DNA of 64,000 nucleotides from an uncultured Planctomycetota bacterium (lineage in GTDB: Bacteria > Planctomycetota > PLA2 > JAEUHO01): NCBI GenBank assembly GCA_963752285.1, contig CAVVXN010000005.1, positions 1,952,001-2,016,000 of the forward strand, given 5' to 3'. Positions 9,471-20,482 of the stretch are shown piece after piece (positions within the stretch are counted from its first letter, which is position 1; every line of letters starts with the position of its first letter). Position numbers and translations under genes: made by a program. The notes beneath the pieces are model-generated. The model had not been told where the DNA came from, made no database searches, and saw only the letters and a program-made list of their open reading frames with translations.

Positions 9471-12096
9471 GGGCGCCCCGGGCCATGTTGGCCTCGAGCG
9501 CGCGGAGCCGCCTCGCGACGTAGCGGCTGTCGGGGACCGCGTCGAGCAGACGCGCGAGGGCGGCCGCCTCTCTCTCGTCGTCCCCCGCCGCGTCGGCGAC
9601 GTCGGCCTCCACCCCGAGGAGACGCACGTCGCCCTCGAGGCGGCGCTTCGCGCGGCCGAGCGCCGAGTCGGCGGCGCCCGGTCTCCCGGCGGCCGCGTAC
9701 CGAACGGCGAGGCCGAGGTACACGTCGCCCGCGAATCGACGACAGAATCCGATCGCGGGGTGGAGCGCGACGGCGCGGTCGAGCGCGTCCGTGTCCACGG
9801 GCCGGTCCTCGGCGAGCGCCTCCTCCGCGCGGATCACGGCGTCGAAGGGCGGCGGCGGCTCCCCCCAGAGCGCCGCCACCCACCGCACGCAGGCCCCCAT
9901 CTCGTCGTTCTCCATCTGCCTCGGCGTCGCGTACTCGAGGCGGAGGCCGTCCTCGGTCAGGACGACGCCGTCCCTGGCGGCCGCCTCGAGCGCGTCCGGC
10001 CCGGCCACGCGGAGCATCGCGAGGTCCGGCGCGCCCACGCGCTCCAGGTCGGCCTGGGCCTTCCCCGTGAGCGCGCGCGGGGGGGGCGGGTCGCGCCCGA
10101 CGGTCCCGATCAGGAGGAGGTCGGCTCCGCCGTAGTACAGGTCCGCGCGGAACACGCTGGTGAACGTGCGGACGATGTCGATCAGGTCGTTCTTGCCGAG
10201 CTGGTAGAGGGGCACCCACTGGCACAGCACGCCGCCGGGCGCCAGGCGGTCGCGGCACGCCTCGTACGCCTCCTTCGCGTAGAGGTCGCCGCTGCCGCGC
10301 ACGAAGGGGTGGATCGGGTCGGCGGTGATCACGTCGTAGCGCTCGTCGGTCGCGCGGAGCCAGGTCCGCGCGTCGTCGAGCACGAGGCCGCGCGGGACGA
10401 CGCCGAGGTACGCGGCAGCGCGCGGCACCGCCTCCTCGATCTCCACCACGCGGACGGACCGCGGCGCGTGCGTCTCCACCGCCCGGTAGGTCGTCCCCAT
10501 GCCGAGCCCGACCACGAGGACGGACTGCGGGTCCTCGTGCACGGCCATCGGCACGTGGCCGAGCAGCGCTAGGTGGTGGACGTCGGCGGAGATCATGGAG
10601 CTCGCGACGACCTTCCCGTCCACGCGGAGCCCCGGCGCGCCGTACCAGCGCGTCACGGCCACGGTGGCCTCGCGCCCCCACGCGTAGAACGGCACGTCGT
10701 AGCCTTCGTCCCACCACTCGTCTACGACCTCCCCGTCCCGGATCCACTCGTCGGGCTCGAACCAGACGCCCGCGAGGAGCCGCTCGAGGGCGGGCCCCGA
10801 CGGAGGCACGAAGCCGACCGTCGCGACGAGGGCGAGGAGCGCCACGCCCGGCCGCCGGGCGCCGATCGCGACGGCGCCCGCCACGGCGGTGGCGACGGCG
10901 GCCATCGCGACGGAGGGCCCGAGCGCGGGGACGAGGAGGAACACGGCGAGCGTGGACCCCACGACGGAGGCGAGGGCGTTCGCGGCGAGGAGCCGTCCCG
11001 TCCCGCGACCCTTCCCGGCCGCCGTCGCCACGTGGAGCGCGAGGGGGAAGCTCACACCGAGCCCGATCGCGCCGGGCAGGAGCACGAAGGCCGCGATCGC
11101 GAAGCGCAGCGCGACCGCCGCCTCGAACGTCCGACCGAGGAGCACGTAGCCCTCGAGGTAGAGACGGGGCAGCTCGAACACGAAGAGCGCCGCGAGCGAG
11201 AAGAGCGCGGCCGTGAGGCAGACGGAGAGCTCGAGGCGCCGCGGCGCCTTCTCGCCCGCGAGGCGCGCGCCGAGGAACGAGCCGAGGACGATCCCGAGCA
11301 GGAACACGGCGAGGACCGCGGCGAACGCGTACGTCGTCGCGCCCAAGACGAGCACGAGCGCACGCGTGAACACGACCTCCGCGGCGAGCCCGAGGAACCC
11401 CGAGAGCGCGGCGAGGTGGACCGCGCGCCGCACGGCGCGGCCCTCGACGGACGGGAGCGCAGGCGGCGCCGGCGGAACGACGACGGCCCGCCGGCCGAGG
11501 ACCCACGCGCCGAAGGCGGCCGTGCCCGAGAGGACGGCCGCGGCGCGCATCGTCGTCGCGAGGCCGAGCGACGGGAGGAGGACGAAGGCCGAGAGGAGCG
11601 TCCCGGCGACGCCGCCGAGGGTGTTCACGGCGTAGAGGCGTCCGAGGTCGCGGCCGCGACGCCCGGCGCTCGTCCGGACCGCGGCGGCGGCGGCCGGGAG
11701 CGTCCCGCCCATCAGGATCGTCGGCGGCGCGAGGACGAGGACGGTGACGAGGAACGACCCCGTGAGCACGAGCACGTCGTGCCCCGCGGCCGCGCGGTGG
11801 ATCCCCACGACGAGCGGCGCGGCGGCGGCCAGGAGGAGAGGCGAGAGGACGGCGAAGACGGCGACGCCCGCCTCCAGCCCGGCGTAGAGGAGCGCCGGCC
11901 GTCGCCCGCGGTCCGCGACGCGACCGAGGAGGTGGGCCCCGAGCGCCATGCCGCCGATGACGGCGGCGAGGACGCCCGCGAGCGCGACGGCGGTCGCGCC
12001 GGCGATCTGCGCCATGCGACGGAGCCACGCGATCTCCAGGACGAGCGCGCCGGCCCCCGACAGGAAGAGGAGCGGAAGGAGTCGCCAGGTCGGCAC
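9436..12096 (-). CDS. fused membrane (MFS-like)/spermidine synthase-like protein
   Basis: multiple TMs (SGAGALVLEIAW, LMGGTLP, GRLYAVNTLG), then VLVVGLGMGTT, VEIEEAV, DARTWL, YDVITADP; GTG start inferred. Confidence 0.85.
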   Translation of the reverse strand: MPTWRLLPLLFLSGAGALVLEIAWLRRMAQIAGATAVALAGVLAAVIGGMALGAHLLGRVADRGRRPALLYAGLEAGVAVFAVLSPLLLAAAAPLVVGIHRAAAGHDVLVLTGSFLVTVLVLAPPTILMGGTLPAAAAAVRTSAGRRGRDLGRLYAVNTLGGVAGTLLSAFVLLPSLGLATTMRAAAVLSGTAAFGAWVLGRRAVVVPPAPPALPSVEGRAVRRAVHLAALSGFLGLAAEVVFTRALVLVLGATTYAFAAVLAVFLLGIVLGSFLGARLAGEKAPRRLELSVCLTAALFSLAALFVFELPRLYLEGYVLLGRTFEAAVALRFAIAAFVLLPGAIGLGVSFPLALHVATAAGKGRGTGRLLAANALASVVGSTLAVFLLVPALGPSVAMAAVATAVAGAVAIGARRPGVALLALVATVGFVPPSGPALERLLAGVWFEPDEWIRDGEVVDEWWDEGYDVPFYAWGREATVAVTRWYGAPGLRVDGKVVASSMISADVHHLALLGHVPMAVHEDPQSVLVVGLGMGTTYRAVETHAPRSVRVVEIEEAVPRAAAYLGVVPRGLVLDDARTWLRATDERYDVITADPIHPFVRGSGDLYAKEAYEACRDRLAPGGVLCQWVPLYQLGKNDLIDIVRTFTSVFRADLYYGGADLLLIGTVGRDPPPPRALTGKAQADLERVGAPDLAMLRVAGPDALEAAARDGVVLTEDGLRLEYATPRQMENDEMGACVRWVAALWGEPPPPFDAVIRAEEALAEDRPVDTDALDRAVALHPAIGFCRRFAGDVYLGLAVRYAAAGRPGAADSALGRAKRRLEGDVRLLGVEADVADAAGDDEREAAALARLLDAVPDSRYVARRLRALEANMARGALRAPGGARGGS

Positions 12097-12140
12097 GGGC
12101 GACGATCGTATCCGGGGGCCTCCGCCCGCCGCCGACCCCG

Positions 12141-12884
12141 TCAGGGGGCCCGGCGCACGCCCACGAAGAGGCGCCGGTCCGCGTCCGGGGCGAACTCGGA
12201 GTGGCGGTACGGGAGCGTCCGGGCGTCGAGCCCGGCGCGGTCCATGAGCTCGAGCCAGACGGACCGCGGGAAGAGGCCGCCCTCGTGGAGGTCCGAGACG
12301 AGCCGCGGTGGGGCGTTTCCCTCCCGGAGGAGGAACGCGAAGGCCGTCAGGACCCGTTCGTCCGCCAAGTCGGGGTCGTACTTCCACTCTAGGTACCGGA
12401 GCGCGCGGCCGTCCCCGTCGTAGCCGCCGTGGTGGGTCGAGGGGCGCCACGTCTCGGCGGTGTCGTCGGGGACGAGGAGCACGACGCCGCCGGGGCGGCA
12501 GTGCACGGCGGCGGTCTCGATCGCACGCCCGAGGTCGTCCCGCGTGGTCATGTACGAGATCGCGTCGTGGACGAAGACCGCGTCGAACGTCCGGCCGAGC
12601 CGCACGTCGCGCATGTCGCCTTGGACGTGCTCCAGGCCGGGGTTGAGCGCCCGGCTCACGGCGAGCATCCCGGGGGCGAGGTCCACGAGCGTCATGCGAA
12701 AGCGCGGCGCGAGGTGGTGGGCGTTGTTGCCGCCGCCGCTCCCGAGCTCGAGGAGGGTGTCGAGCGGGCCCATGGCCGTCGACTCGAGGGCCTGGCGGTA
12801 CAGCGCCGCCTCCTCGGCGTAGTCCTGGAAGCGGCTCAGGATCGGCCACCAGTCGGCGAGCTCCGTGTAGAGGCGGGGCGGCAT
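12141..12884 (-). CDS. class I SAM-dependent methyltransferase
   Basis: LLELGSGGG, VDLAPGML, GDMRD, FDAVF; C-terminal part of ORF 12141..14891. Confidence 0.88.
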   Translation of the reverse strand: MPPRLYTELADWWPILSRFQDYAEEAALYRQALESTAMGPLDTLLELGSGGGNNAHHLAPRFRMTLVDLAPGMLAVSRALNPGLEHVQGDMRDVRLGRTFDAVFVHDAISYMTTRDDLGRAIETAAVHCRPGGVVLLVPDDTAETWRPSTHHGGYDGDGRALRYLEWKYDPDLADERVLTAFAFLLREGNAPPRLVSDLHEGGLFPRSVWLELMDRAGLDARTLPYRHSEFAPDADRRLFVGVRRAP

Positions 12885-12916
12885 GCCCCCCACGCTCCTC
12901 CCCGGCGCGCGCGCCG

Positions 12917-14854
12917 TCAAGACGCGGCGGGGCGACCCCCGAGGCGCGGTCCGTCCGACAGGTCGCCGCGCGGGATCGCCTCCAGGAGCTTTTGCGTGTA
13001 CGGGTGCTCGGGGTTCTCGTACAGCTCCTCCGCGGGCTTCATCTCGACGATGTGGCCGCCCCGCTGCCGATCGAGGAGGCGCTGGCGCTCCTCGCCCTCG
13101 AAGAGGTCGGCCATCGTGTGGTCGGGGCACATGACCGCGACGACGTCGGAGACGTACTTCACGACGCCGAGGTCGTGGCTGATGAAGACATACGTGAGGC
13201 CCATCTCGTCCTGGAGGTCGAGCAGGAGGTTGATGACCCCGGCCTGGACCGAGACGTCGAGGGCGCTCACGGCCTCGTCGAGCACGACGAACTCGGGCTG
13301 CACGGCGAGCGTCCGCGCGACGCAGATGCGCTGGCGCTGCCCCCCGGAGAACTCGTGGGGGTACCGGTCGAGGTGCTCGCGCTTCAACCCCACGCGCTCG
13401 AGGAGGGCGGCGGCCTGCTCGCGCCGCTCCTCGACCGTCGGGTACAGGCGGTGGACCTTCATGGGCTCGGTGATCGCCTCCTCGATGGAGAGGCGGGGGT
13501 TCAGGGACGAGTACGGGTCCTGGAAGACGATCTGCATCTTCCGGCGCATCTCCCGCATCTCGCGCCCCGAGAGCTCGGTGAGCTCCTTCCCCTGCCAGCG
13601 AATCGAGGACCCCTCGCGCGGCTCCACGAGACGGAGGATCGTGCGGCCCAGCGTCGTCTTGCCGCAGCCCGACTCCCCCACCAGACCGAGCGTCATCCCC
13701 CGCTTCACGGTGAGATCCACGCCGTCCACGGCCCGGACCCAGTCCACGACGCGCTGGAACACCCCGGCGTGGACGGGGAACCACGTCTTGACGTCCCGGA
13801 GCTCCAGCAGCGGCTCGCCGAACCCGGGCGCGTCCTCGCGGCGCTTCGTGGCCTTGCCGGGGTAGTCGAGATCGAGGTCGGGGTCGCGGGCGTCGAGCAC
13901 GATGCCCCGCTTCTCGGCGCGGAGGAAGTCGTCGATCGTCGGCAGCCGCTCCGAGCGCGACTCGAGCGTGGGACGGCAGCGGATCAGTCCCTTCGTGTAG
14001 GGGTGCTGCGGACTCTGGAAGATGCTCCGGACGCTGCCCACCTCGACGATGTGGCCGCCGCGCGTCGCGTCGGCGGTGCCCGCCTGGGGCGTGCCCCCAT
14101 AGAGCTTCTGGAGCGTCTCCCCCGGGCACATCACGGCAACCGTGTCCGTGATCTCGGCGATCACCCCGAGGTCGTGCGTGATGAACAGCACGGCCATGTT
14201 GCGCTCGCGCTGGAGCCGGAGGATCAGCTCGAGGATCTGCTTCTGGATCGTGACGTCGAGGGCGGTCGTCGGCTCGTCGCAGATCAGGAGCTTCGGGTCG
14301 CAGGCGAGGGCCATCGCGATCATGATGCGCTGACGCATGCCGCCCGAGAGCTCGTGAGGGAACTGCGCCATGCGCTGCTCGGGATGGTCGATGCCCACCT
14401 CGTGGAGCAGCTCGGTGGCCCGCGCCCACGCGGCCTCCTTCGAATAGCCCTGGTGGATGCGCAGCGGCTCCGCGACCTGCCAACCGCACCGGAACACCGG
14501 GTTCAGGCTGGTCATCGGCTCCTGGAAGATCATCGCGATGTCGTTGCCGCGAATCCGCGGGAGGCGCTCGATGGGCAGGTGAGCGAGGTCCACGGGCTGG
14601 TCGCCGCCGTACCACCAGATCGAACCGCCGACGATCTCCCCCTGTCCCTCGGGAATCAGGCGGAGGACGGAGTACGCCGTAACGGACTTGCCCGAGCCCG
14701 ACTCGCCTACGACGCCGAGCGTCTCGCCGCGACCGATCTCGAGGCTCACGCCGTCCACGGCCTTCACGATGCCGCCTTCGGTGTGGAAGAAGGTCTGGAG
14801 GTTCTCGATCCGGAGCAGGAGGCCCGGTCTCGTGGCGGTCGCGGCTTCGCTCAT
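12917..14854 (-). CDS. peptide ABC transporter ATP-binding protein with two fused NBDs (YejF-like)
   Basis: GESGSGKS and GESGCGKT Walker A; LSGGMRQR and [12 protein letters not shown] motifs. Confidence 0.93.
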   Translation of the reverse strand: MSEAATATRPGLLLRIENLQTFFHTEGGIVKAVDGVSLEIGRGETLGVVGESGSGKSVTAYSVLRLIPEGQGEIVGGSIWWYGGDQPVDLAHLPIERLPRIRGNDIAMIFQEPMTSLNPVFRCGWQVAEPLRIHQGYSKEAAWARATELLHEVGIDHPEQRMAQFPHELSGGMRQRIMIAMALACDPKLLICDEPTTALDVTIQKQILELILRLQRERNMAVLFITHDLGVIAEITDTVAVMCPGETLQKLYGGTPQAGTADATRGGHIVEVGSVRSIFQSPQHPYTKGLIRCRPTLESRSERLPTIDDFLRAEKRGIVLDARDPDLDLDYPGKATKRREDAPGFGEPLLELRDVKTWFPVHAGVFQRVVDWVRAVDGVDLTVKRGMTLGLVGESGCGKTTLGRTILRLVEPREGSSIRWQGKELTELSGREMREMRRKMQIVFQDPYSSLNPRLSIEEAITEPMKVHRLYPTVEERREQAAALLERVGLKREHLDRYPHEFSGGQRQRICVARTLAVQPEFVVLDEAVSALDVSVQAGVINLLLDLQDEMGLTYVFISHDLGVVKYVSDVVAVMCPDHTMADLFEGEERQRLLDRQRGGHIVEMKPAEELYENPEHPYTQKLLEAIPRGDLSDGPRLGGRPAAS

Positions 14855-16269
14855 CGGAGCCTCGAGTAGAGCTTCGGGTCGAACGCCTCACGGACGGCCT
14901 CGCCGACCATGACGACGCAGAAGAGGGTCGCCGCGAGCGCGAGGATCGGGAACAGCACGAGCTCGGGGTAGTTCGCCACGTTCTCCGCGCCCTGGTTCAG
15001 GAGGCGCCCCCACGACGGGGTGCCCACGGGGAGCCCGAAGCCGAGGTAGTCGAGCGCCACGAGGGTGCTGATGTAGCCGACGACCTGGAAGGGCATGAAG
15101 GTCACGACCGGCACGAGGGCGTTCGGGAAGATGTGGCGCGCCAGGATCTTCGGCGTGCGAACGCCGAGGGCCCGCGCGGCCTGCACGTAGTCGAGCGAGC
15201 GCTCGCGGTAGTACTCGCCGCGCATCGTGTACGTGATGCCGGTCCAGCCCTGGAGCAGCACGAGGAGGAGCGCGAGGAGCAGGAACGACGGCGTGACGAC
15301 GCTCGCGAAGATCATGATGACGTAGAGGAACGGGATCGCCTCCCAGACCTCGATCACGCGTTGCGTCACGATGTCGATCCACTTGCCGAAGTAACCCATC
15401 ACGGCGCCGACCGCGATGCCGATCGAGAACCCGAGCACCGCCACCACGATCGCGAACGCGAACGACACGCGGAACCCGTAGAGGATCTGCGAGAGGACGT
15501 CCTTTCCCTCGAAGTCGGTTCCGAGGATCGGGATGCGGGGGTCGTCGCCAAACGCGCGCTGCGGGGGCGAGCCGGGGAGATCGAGGAGCTGCTCCGTCGG
15601 GGCGTACGGGTAGAGCGGCATCCAGATGGAGGCCTTCCCCGCCGCGAAGTCCTGCCGGAGCGCCCGGTAGAAGGCCGCCTGGGTGTGGAGCGCGTCGAGC
15701 GACGCGGTGGCCTCCTTGGAGAGCGGCGAGGTCGTATCGTAGGTGTCGCCCCGCTCCTTCGCCGCCTTCGCGAGCTCGGCGCGGACCGTCGCCTCCTCGG
15801 TCTTCGCCTCTTCCTCGAACCCGCGCGCCTTCTCCTCGAGCGTGGACGGGTCCGCGACCCAGCGCGCGTAGTCGCGGTACGGGACCTCGCCCTTGCCCTC
15901 GAGCCCGAACTGGTCGGCCACGGCGCGAGCGTCCCGCTCCAGGTGGAGGAAGGGGACCCACGAGAGCCAGTCGGCCACGGCCGGGCACAGGCGATGGTCG
16001 CCGTAGCGGATGTAGAGGGGCTTGTCGTTCACGTAGAGCTCGAGAAAGAGGCTCAGGACGAAGCCCGTGGTGACGATCAGGAAGCAGACGTACCCGCGCC
16101 GGATGCGGCGGAAGCGCTCGATGCGCTTCGCCGTGAGCGGCGTCGGCCGCATGCGGAAGCCGAGGAGCCGGCCGAGGCGGACGATCAGCCACGGCAGGAC
16201 GCGCCGCGTCACGAACAGCCCGGCGAGCAGGATCAGCGCGAAGGCGACGAGCCTGAGGACGACGCTCAC
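14851..16269 (-). CDS. peptide ABC transporter permease (YejE/OppC-like)
   Basis: LGTD..GKDVLSQILYGFRVS, YVQAARALG EAA loop, LDYLGFGLP..PSWG. Confidence 0.9.
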   Translation of the reverse strand: MSVVLRLVAFALILLAGLFVTRRVLPWLIVRLGRLLGFRMRPTPLTAKRIERFRRIRRGYVCFLIVTTGFVLSLFLELYVNDKPLYIRYGDHRLCPAVADWLSWVPFLHLERDARAVADQFGLEGKGEVPYRDYARWVADPSTLEEKARGFEEEAKTEEATVRAELAKAAKERGDTYDTTSPLSKEATASLDALHTQAAFYRALRQDFAAGKASIWMPLYPYAPTEQLLDLPGSPPQRAFGDDPRIPILGTDFEGKDVLSQILYGFRVSFAFAIVVAVLGFSIGIAVGAVMGYFGKWIDIVTQRVIEVWEAIPFLYVIMIFASVVTPSFLLLALLLVLLQGWTGITYTMRGEYYRERSLDYVQAARALGVRTPKILARHIFPNALVPVVTFMPFQVVGYISTLVALDYLGFGLPVGTPSWGRLLNQGAENVANYPELVLFPILALAATLFCVVMVGEAVREAFDPKLYSRLR

Positions 16270-16306
16270 GATGTCCGGACCTCCTCCGTTCGGTCGCGCA
16301 TGGCCG

Positions 16307-18268
16307 CTACCCGAACCGGATCCGCGGGTCGATGAACGCCCACACGAGGTCCGAGATGATGTTGCCCGTCAGGAGGATCAGCTCCAGGAACACGAGCTCG
16401 CCGAGGATGATCGGGTAGTCGCGCTGGATCAGCGCGTTGTAGCCGAGCAGCCCCATGCCGTCGATGTTGCAGGTCTTCTCGATGAGGAACGCGCCGGCGA
16501 AGAGGAGGCTCAGGGCGTAGCCCACGCCGGACGTGATCGGGATCAGCGAGTTCCTCAGCGCGTGGACGAAGATCACGCGCCGCTCGGGCAGGCCCTTCGC
16601 GAACGCGGTCCGGACGTAGTCCTTGCCGAGATTCTCGAGCAGGGAGTTCTTCATGAGGATCGTCATCGTGGCGAAGCTGCCGACCATGTAGCCCGCGACG
16701 GGGATCAGCATGTGGCGCACCCGGCCGACGAACGAGTCCCACCACCCGAGCTGGTCGATGTTGGACGGCTTGTACCCGCCGAGGGGCAGCCAGTCCACGT
16801 GGACCGCGACCTGCGACAGGAGGATCAGGCAGAGCACGAAGCCCGGGATCGCATACCCGAGGAACACGACGAACGACGTCATGGCGTCGATCACCGTGCG
16901 GTGCTTGATCGCCTTCAGCACGCCGAGGGGCACGCACACGATCCAGGTGAGGAAGTACCCGATCAGCCCGAACTGGACCGAGACCTCCATGCGCGACCCG
17001 ATCAACGACAGGACCGGCTCGTTGTAGGTGTACGACTGCCCGAAGTCGAGCTCGAAGATTCCGCTCAGCCGGTAGTCCACACGGTAGAGGATCCCGTCCT
17101 CCGTCATGTCGTAGCCGTAGCGGTCGGCCAGACGCGCGATCTCGTCGTTCGCCGCGCGACGCGTCGCGAGGAGGCTCTCCACGACCCGCATGACCTCGGG
17201 GTGCGCCTCCCGCCACGCGTCGTCCACGCGCTCGAAGTACACGCCGCCCCGCCACGTGAAGCCGCGCTTCTCCAGGTACGCGAGGAGCTCGTCCCGCTTG
17301 CCGAACCCCTTCTCCACGAGCTCGTCGGCCCGGGTGAAGAAGGCGGCGTTCTCGGGGCGGGCCCGCTCGTCCTTCCCCGCGGGACGGTAGAGGTCGCCGC
17401 GGTACACGATGAACCCCTCGGCGTCGAGGCGATCGCCGATCCTCCGGTCGGCCTCGGACCGCACGTCCTGGAGGTCCCGGAGGACCCGGAAGGGCACCGC
17501 GAGCGGCTTCTGCGTGAGGTCGAGGTAGTACCCCGTCTCCGCCTCGGCCTTCGCCGCCTCGGCCCGCGCGTCCACGAGCGCGGCGAGGAGCGCCTTCGTG
17601 CCCTCGGGCCACCCGGACTCCGGGACGACCTCGAGGACGCGCCGGACCTCCTGGTCCTCGCCTTCCTCGTCCGTCTCGTGGCGCACGTCGAGGACGTACC
17701 CCTTCGACACGAGGAAGGCCGAGAGCTCGGGTCGTTCGCCGAAGGTCGTCTCGAAGAGATCCTCGGTCTCCTTCTGGACGTCGTCCGGGAGCGCGTCGGG
17801 CTCGACGGGCCGGCCGATCCGCCCGCGCGCCTCGGCCAGGCCCGCCGGGTCGAGCGACGCCGCGAGGGCCGCCCGGGCCTTCTCGACCGCCGCGTCGGCC
17901 GCGCCGAGGCGCGCGAGCGCGTCGGCGTGGACGTGCGGGTCCACCGGGGGCACGCGGTGACGGACCTCGCGGGGCCACACGCCGAGCCACTGGAGGTAGC
18001 CCACGGGGATCGAGCGGTCGAGCGCGTAGTAGCGCTCGAGCTCGCGCATGGACGACTCGTCGAGCTGGAGGCCCGTCTCCTGGCCGATACCGCCGCCGTG
18101 GGAGCCGCCCTCGCCGCCCATCGCCTTCAGCTTGCTCGCCGCCTCGGCCTGCTCGATCGGACCGCCCGGCACGACGCGGAGCACCGCGTACACCAGGAAC
18201 GTGATCACGAAGAACGTGATCGGCACGAGCAGGAACCGCCGCAGGAAGTAGGCCGACATCCCGCTCAC
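16307..18268 (-). CDS. peptide ABC transporter permease (YejB/OppB-like) with a large soluble insertion
   Basis: YFLRRFLL..VPGGP, DFGQSY, DYVRTAFAKGL, HALRNSL, RDYP, DPRIRF. Confidence 0.9.
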   Translation of the reverse strand: MSGMSAYFLRRFLLVPITFFVITFLVYAVLRVVPGGPIEQAEAASKLKAMGGEGGSHGGGIGQETGLQLDESSMRELERYYALDRSIPVGYLQWLGVWPREVRHRVPPVDPHVHADALARLGAADAAVEKARAALAASLDPAGLAEARGRIGRPVEPDALPDDVQKETEDLFETTFGERPELSAFLVSKGYVLDVRHETDEEGEDQEVRRVLEVVPESGWPEGTKALLAALVDARAEAAKAEAETGYYLDLTQKPLAVPFRVLRDLQDVRSEADRRIGDRLDAEGFIVYRGDLYRPAGKDERARPENAAFFTRADELVEKGFGKRDELLAYLEKRGFTWRGGVYFERVDDAWREAHPEVMRVVESLLATRRAANDEIARLADRYGYDMTEDGILYRVDYRLSGIFELDFGQSYTYNEPVLSLIGSRMEVSVQFGLIGYFLTWIVCVPLGVLKAIKHRTVIDAMTSFVVFLGYAIPGFVLCLILLSQVAVHVDWLPLGGYKPSNIDQLGWWDSFVGRVRHMLIPVAGYMVGSFATMTILMKNSLLENLGKDYVRTAFAKGLPERRVIFVHALRNSLIPITSGVGYALSLLFAGAFLIEKTCNIDGMGLLGYNALIQRDYPIILGELVFLELILLTGNIISDLVWAFIDPRIRFG

Positions 18269-18308
18269 CGACGTCCTCCGCGCCGCGCCGCCCCGCCGCG
18301 AGCCCGGC

Positions 18309-20357
18309 TCACCGAGACGGCTCCGGAACGAGGGTCCCCCCCTCGGAGACCGGGGTGTTCGCCATCGGGAGGTCGTGGTCGTTCCACCACGTCTGCTCGG
18401 GGTCGTCCTCCTGGTCGAGGCCCCACGGGGAGTCCGGGTAGGTCGGCAGGTTCGCCGACCGGTTGTGCAGCATGCGTTGCTCCCGCTCGGGATCGGCCCA
18501 CCAGTAGGACATCAGGTTCGTGAGGTCGTCGGTGACCCGTGCGGCGTACTCCGGGGGATGCCCGAACTTGTCCCAGTAGAGGATGCGGAAGTAGGGGGCG
18601 TACCACGCGAGGGCGTACATGTGCGTGTCGAAGAGGATTTCGTCGATCCGCTGGAGCATGCGCATCCGCGCCTTCGCGTCCCACTCGGTCCGGTACTTCA
18701 CGCAGAGGTCGTCGATCTCCTTGTTCTTCAGACCGTTCAGGTTGTTCGAGCCCTTCTGGTCGGCGTAGATCGAGTGGAGCTCCTCGTAGGGCTCCGGGAA
18801 GAGGCTCGCGCTCCAGAACCACCACGCGACCTTGAACTTGAAGTCCCAGACCTTCTTCAGGAGGGACGCGTCGTCGAGGAGCTTCAGCTCCATCTTGATG
18901 CCGGCCTCGTTGAAGAGGTCGTTCGTGACGACGCCGAAGATCCGGATCCACGAGTCGCTCGAGAACTCGAGCGTCAGGGTCGGGAAGCGCTCGCCGCGGT
19001 CGTTCACCAGGAAGCCGGCCTTGTCCCGGTGCGTCCATCCCTCCTCGGCGAGGAGCGCGCGGGCCTTCGCCGGATCGTAACGCACCCGCTCGGCGTTCGG
19101 CCGGGCCCACTTCTGTCCGGGCCAGTACGAGTCCATGTACAGGTACTGGTGGAACAGGATCTTGTCGAAGAGCTTCTCGCGGTTGAACAGATGGGCGAAC
19201 GCGAGGCGCACGTTCCGTTTGTCGAACGGCGGCTCCCGCAGGTTGAAGCAGAACCCGCCGTAGCCCTCCGGGACCTTGTAGTAGATCTTCCGCTTCTGGA
19301 TCCAGCCCATCCGGACGGCGTGCTCGGCGTTCACCTCCTCGACCCAGCGCTGCGCGCGGCTGACGAGGTAGACGTCGATCTCCCCCGCGAGGAACTTCGT
19401 GTACATGAGCTCGAAGTCGCGGACGATCTGCCACTCGATCTCGTCGAAGTTGCAGGTGCCGCGGTTCTGCGCGAGGTCCCGCCCCCACCAGTCGGCCCGG
19501 CGGTGGAGCGTGATGGCGCGGCCCTTCTTCACGTCGGCGGAGCGGATCTCGTAGGGACCGCTCCCGGGCGGCAGCTTCCAGTTCCAGTCCTGGATGTACG
19601 TCTCCCCGTCCATGCGGATGTAGGCCGCGGGGTAGATGAACTGGTTCCCGATCTCGAGGAGCGCGCGCCACCGCGCCTCCTTCGTGCGGATCTCGACGGT
19701 CAGGCGGTCGAGGACGTGGACGTACTCGACCAGCTGGTTCCACTTCGTGCAGACGAGCGGGTCCTTCCGGTCCGGATTGCGGAGGTGCTCGACCGTCGCC
19801 AGGACGTCGTCCGCGGTGACGGGCCGGCCGTCGGCCCACCGCGCCCGCTCGTCGATGCGGAAGCGGTACGTCCGCTTGTCGGGGTCCACCTGCCAGTAGC
19901 GGGCGAGCCCGGGCACGAACTCGAGGCTCACCGGGTCGATCCCGAGGAGCGTCTCGTAGACCATCGACTGCAGCTGGAAGGTGAGGAGGAGCCTCGAGTT
20001 CGGCCCCTCGGTCCGGAGCGTCGGGGGCCAGTCGGTCGTGGCGAGGACGAGCCGGCCGCCCGGCTTCGCACGGGGGTCGCCGATCGACGGCGCCGGGGGG
20101 TTCGTCTGCCACGCGCTCGGGTCGAAGGGCAGGTCGGGGGGAAAGGTCGGGTCGTAGCCCTCGCCCGGGACCGGGGGCGCGTCGAGCGGGACCGTCGCGA
20201 GCCGCTCCGCCGCCTGGGCGAGGGCGTCCGGGGTGGAGGCGTCGCGGAGGCCCATGCGACCGAGGACGTCGGCGCTCGGGGGGGCGGGAGGAGCCGACCG
20301 GCCGCCGCACCCCACGAGGAGCAGGAGCGCGGCGAGAAGGAGGGAGCGCGTGGGCAC
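18309..20357 (-). CDS. family 5 extracellular solute-binding lipoprotein (YejA-like)
   Basis: lipobox LVGC; PGLARYW, ARWADGRPVTADDV, GSGPY, FNLREPPF..NVRLA; start GTG 20357 (or ATG 20387). Confidence 0.9.
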   Translation of the reverse strand: MPTRSLLLAALLLLVGCGGRSAPPAPPSADVLGRMGLRDASTPDALAQAAERLATVPLDAPPVPGEGYDPTFPPDLPFDPSAWQTNPPAPSIGDPRAKPGGRLVLATTDWPPTLRTEGPNSRLLLTFQLQSMVYETLLGIDPVSLEFVPGLARYWQVDPDKRTYRFRIDERARWADGRPVTADDVLATVEHLRNPDRKDPLVCTKWNQLVEYVHVLDRLTVEIRTKEARWRALLEIGNQFIYPAAYIRMDGETYIQDWNWKLPPGSGPYEIRSADVKKGRAITLHRRADWWGRDLAQNRGTCNFDEIEWQIVRDFELMYTKFLAGEIDVYLVSRAQRWVEEVNAEHAVRMGWIQKRKIYYKVPEGYGGFCFNLREPPFDKRNVRLAFAHLFNREKLFDKILFHQYLYMDSYWPGQKWARPNAERVRYDPAKARALLAEEGWTHRDKAGFLVNDRGERFPTLTLEFSSDSWIRIFGVVTNDLFNEAGIKMELKLLDDASLLKKVWDFKFKVAWWFWSASLFPEPYEELHSIYADQKGSNNLNGLKNKEIDDLCVKYRTEWDAKARMRMLQRIDEILFDTHMYALAWYAPYFRILYWDKFGHPPEYAARVTDDLTNLMSYWWADPEREQRMLHNRSANLPTYPDSPWGLDQEDDPEQTWWNDHDLPMANTPVSEGGTLVPEPSR

Positions 20358-20482
20358 GGGCGGGTCCTCGAAGGCGCGGCGCGGCATTCTACGGGCGTTC
20401 CCGCGGCGCCGCGGGAACGGGATTCCAAGGCGCGGCCCCGGACGTTCTCGAGACACTCGGCGTCGCCCGGAGGAGCTCCGTC

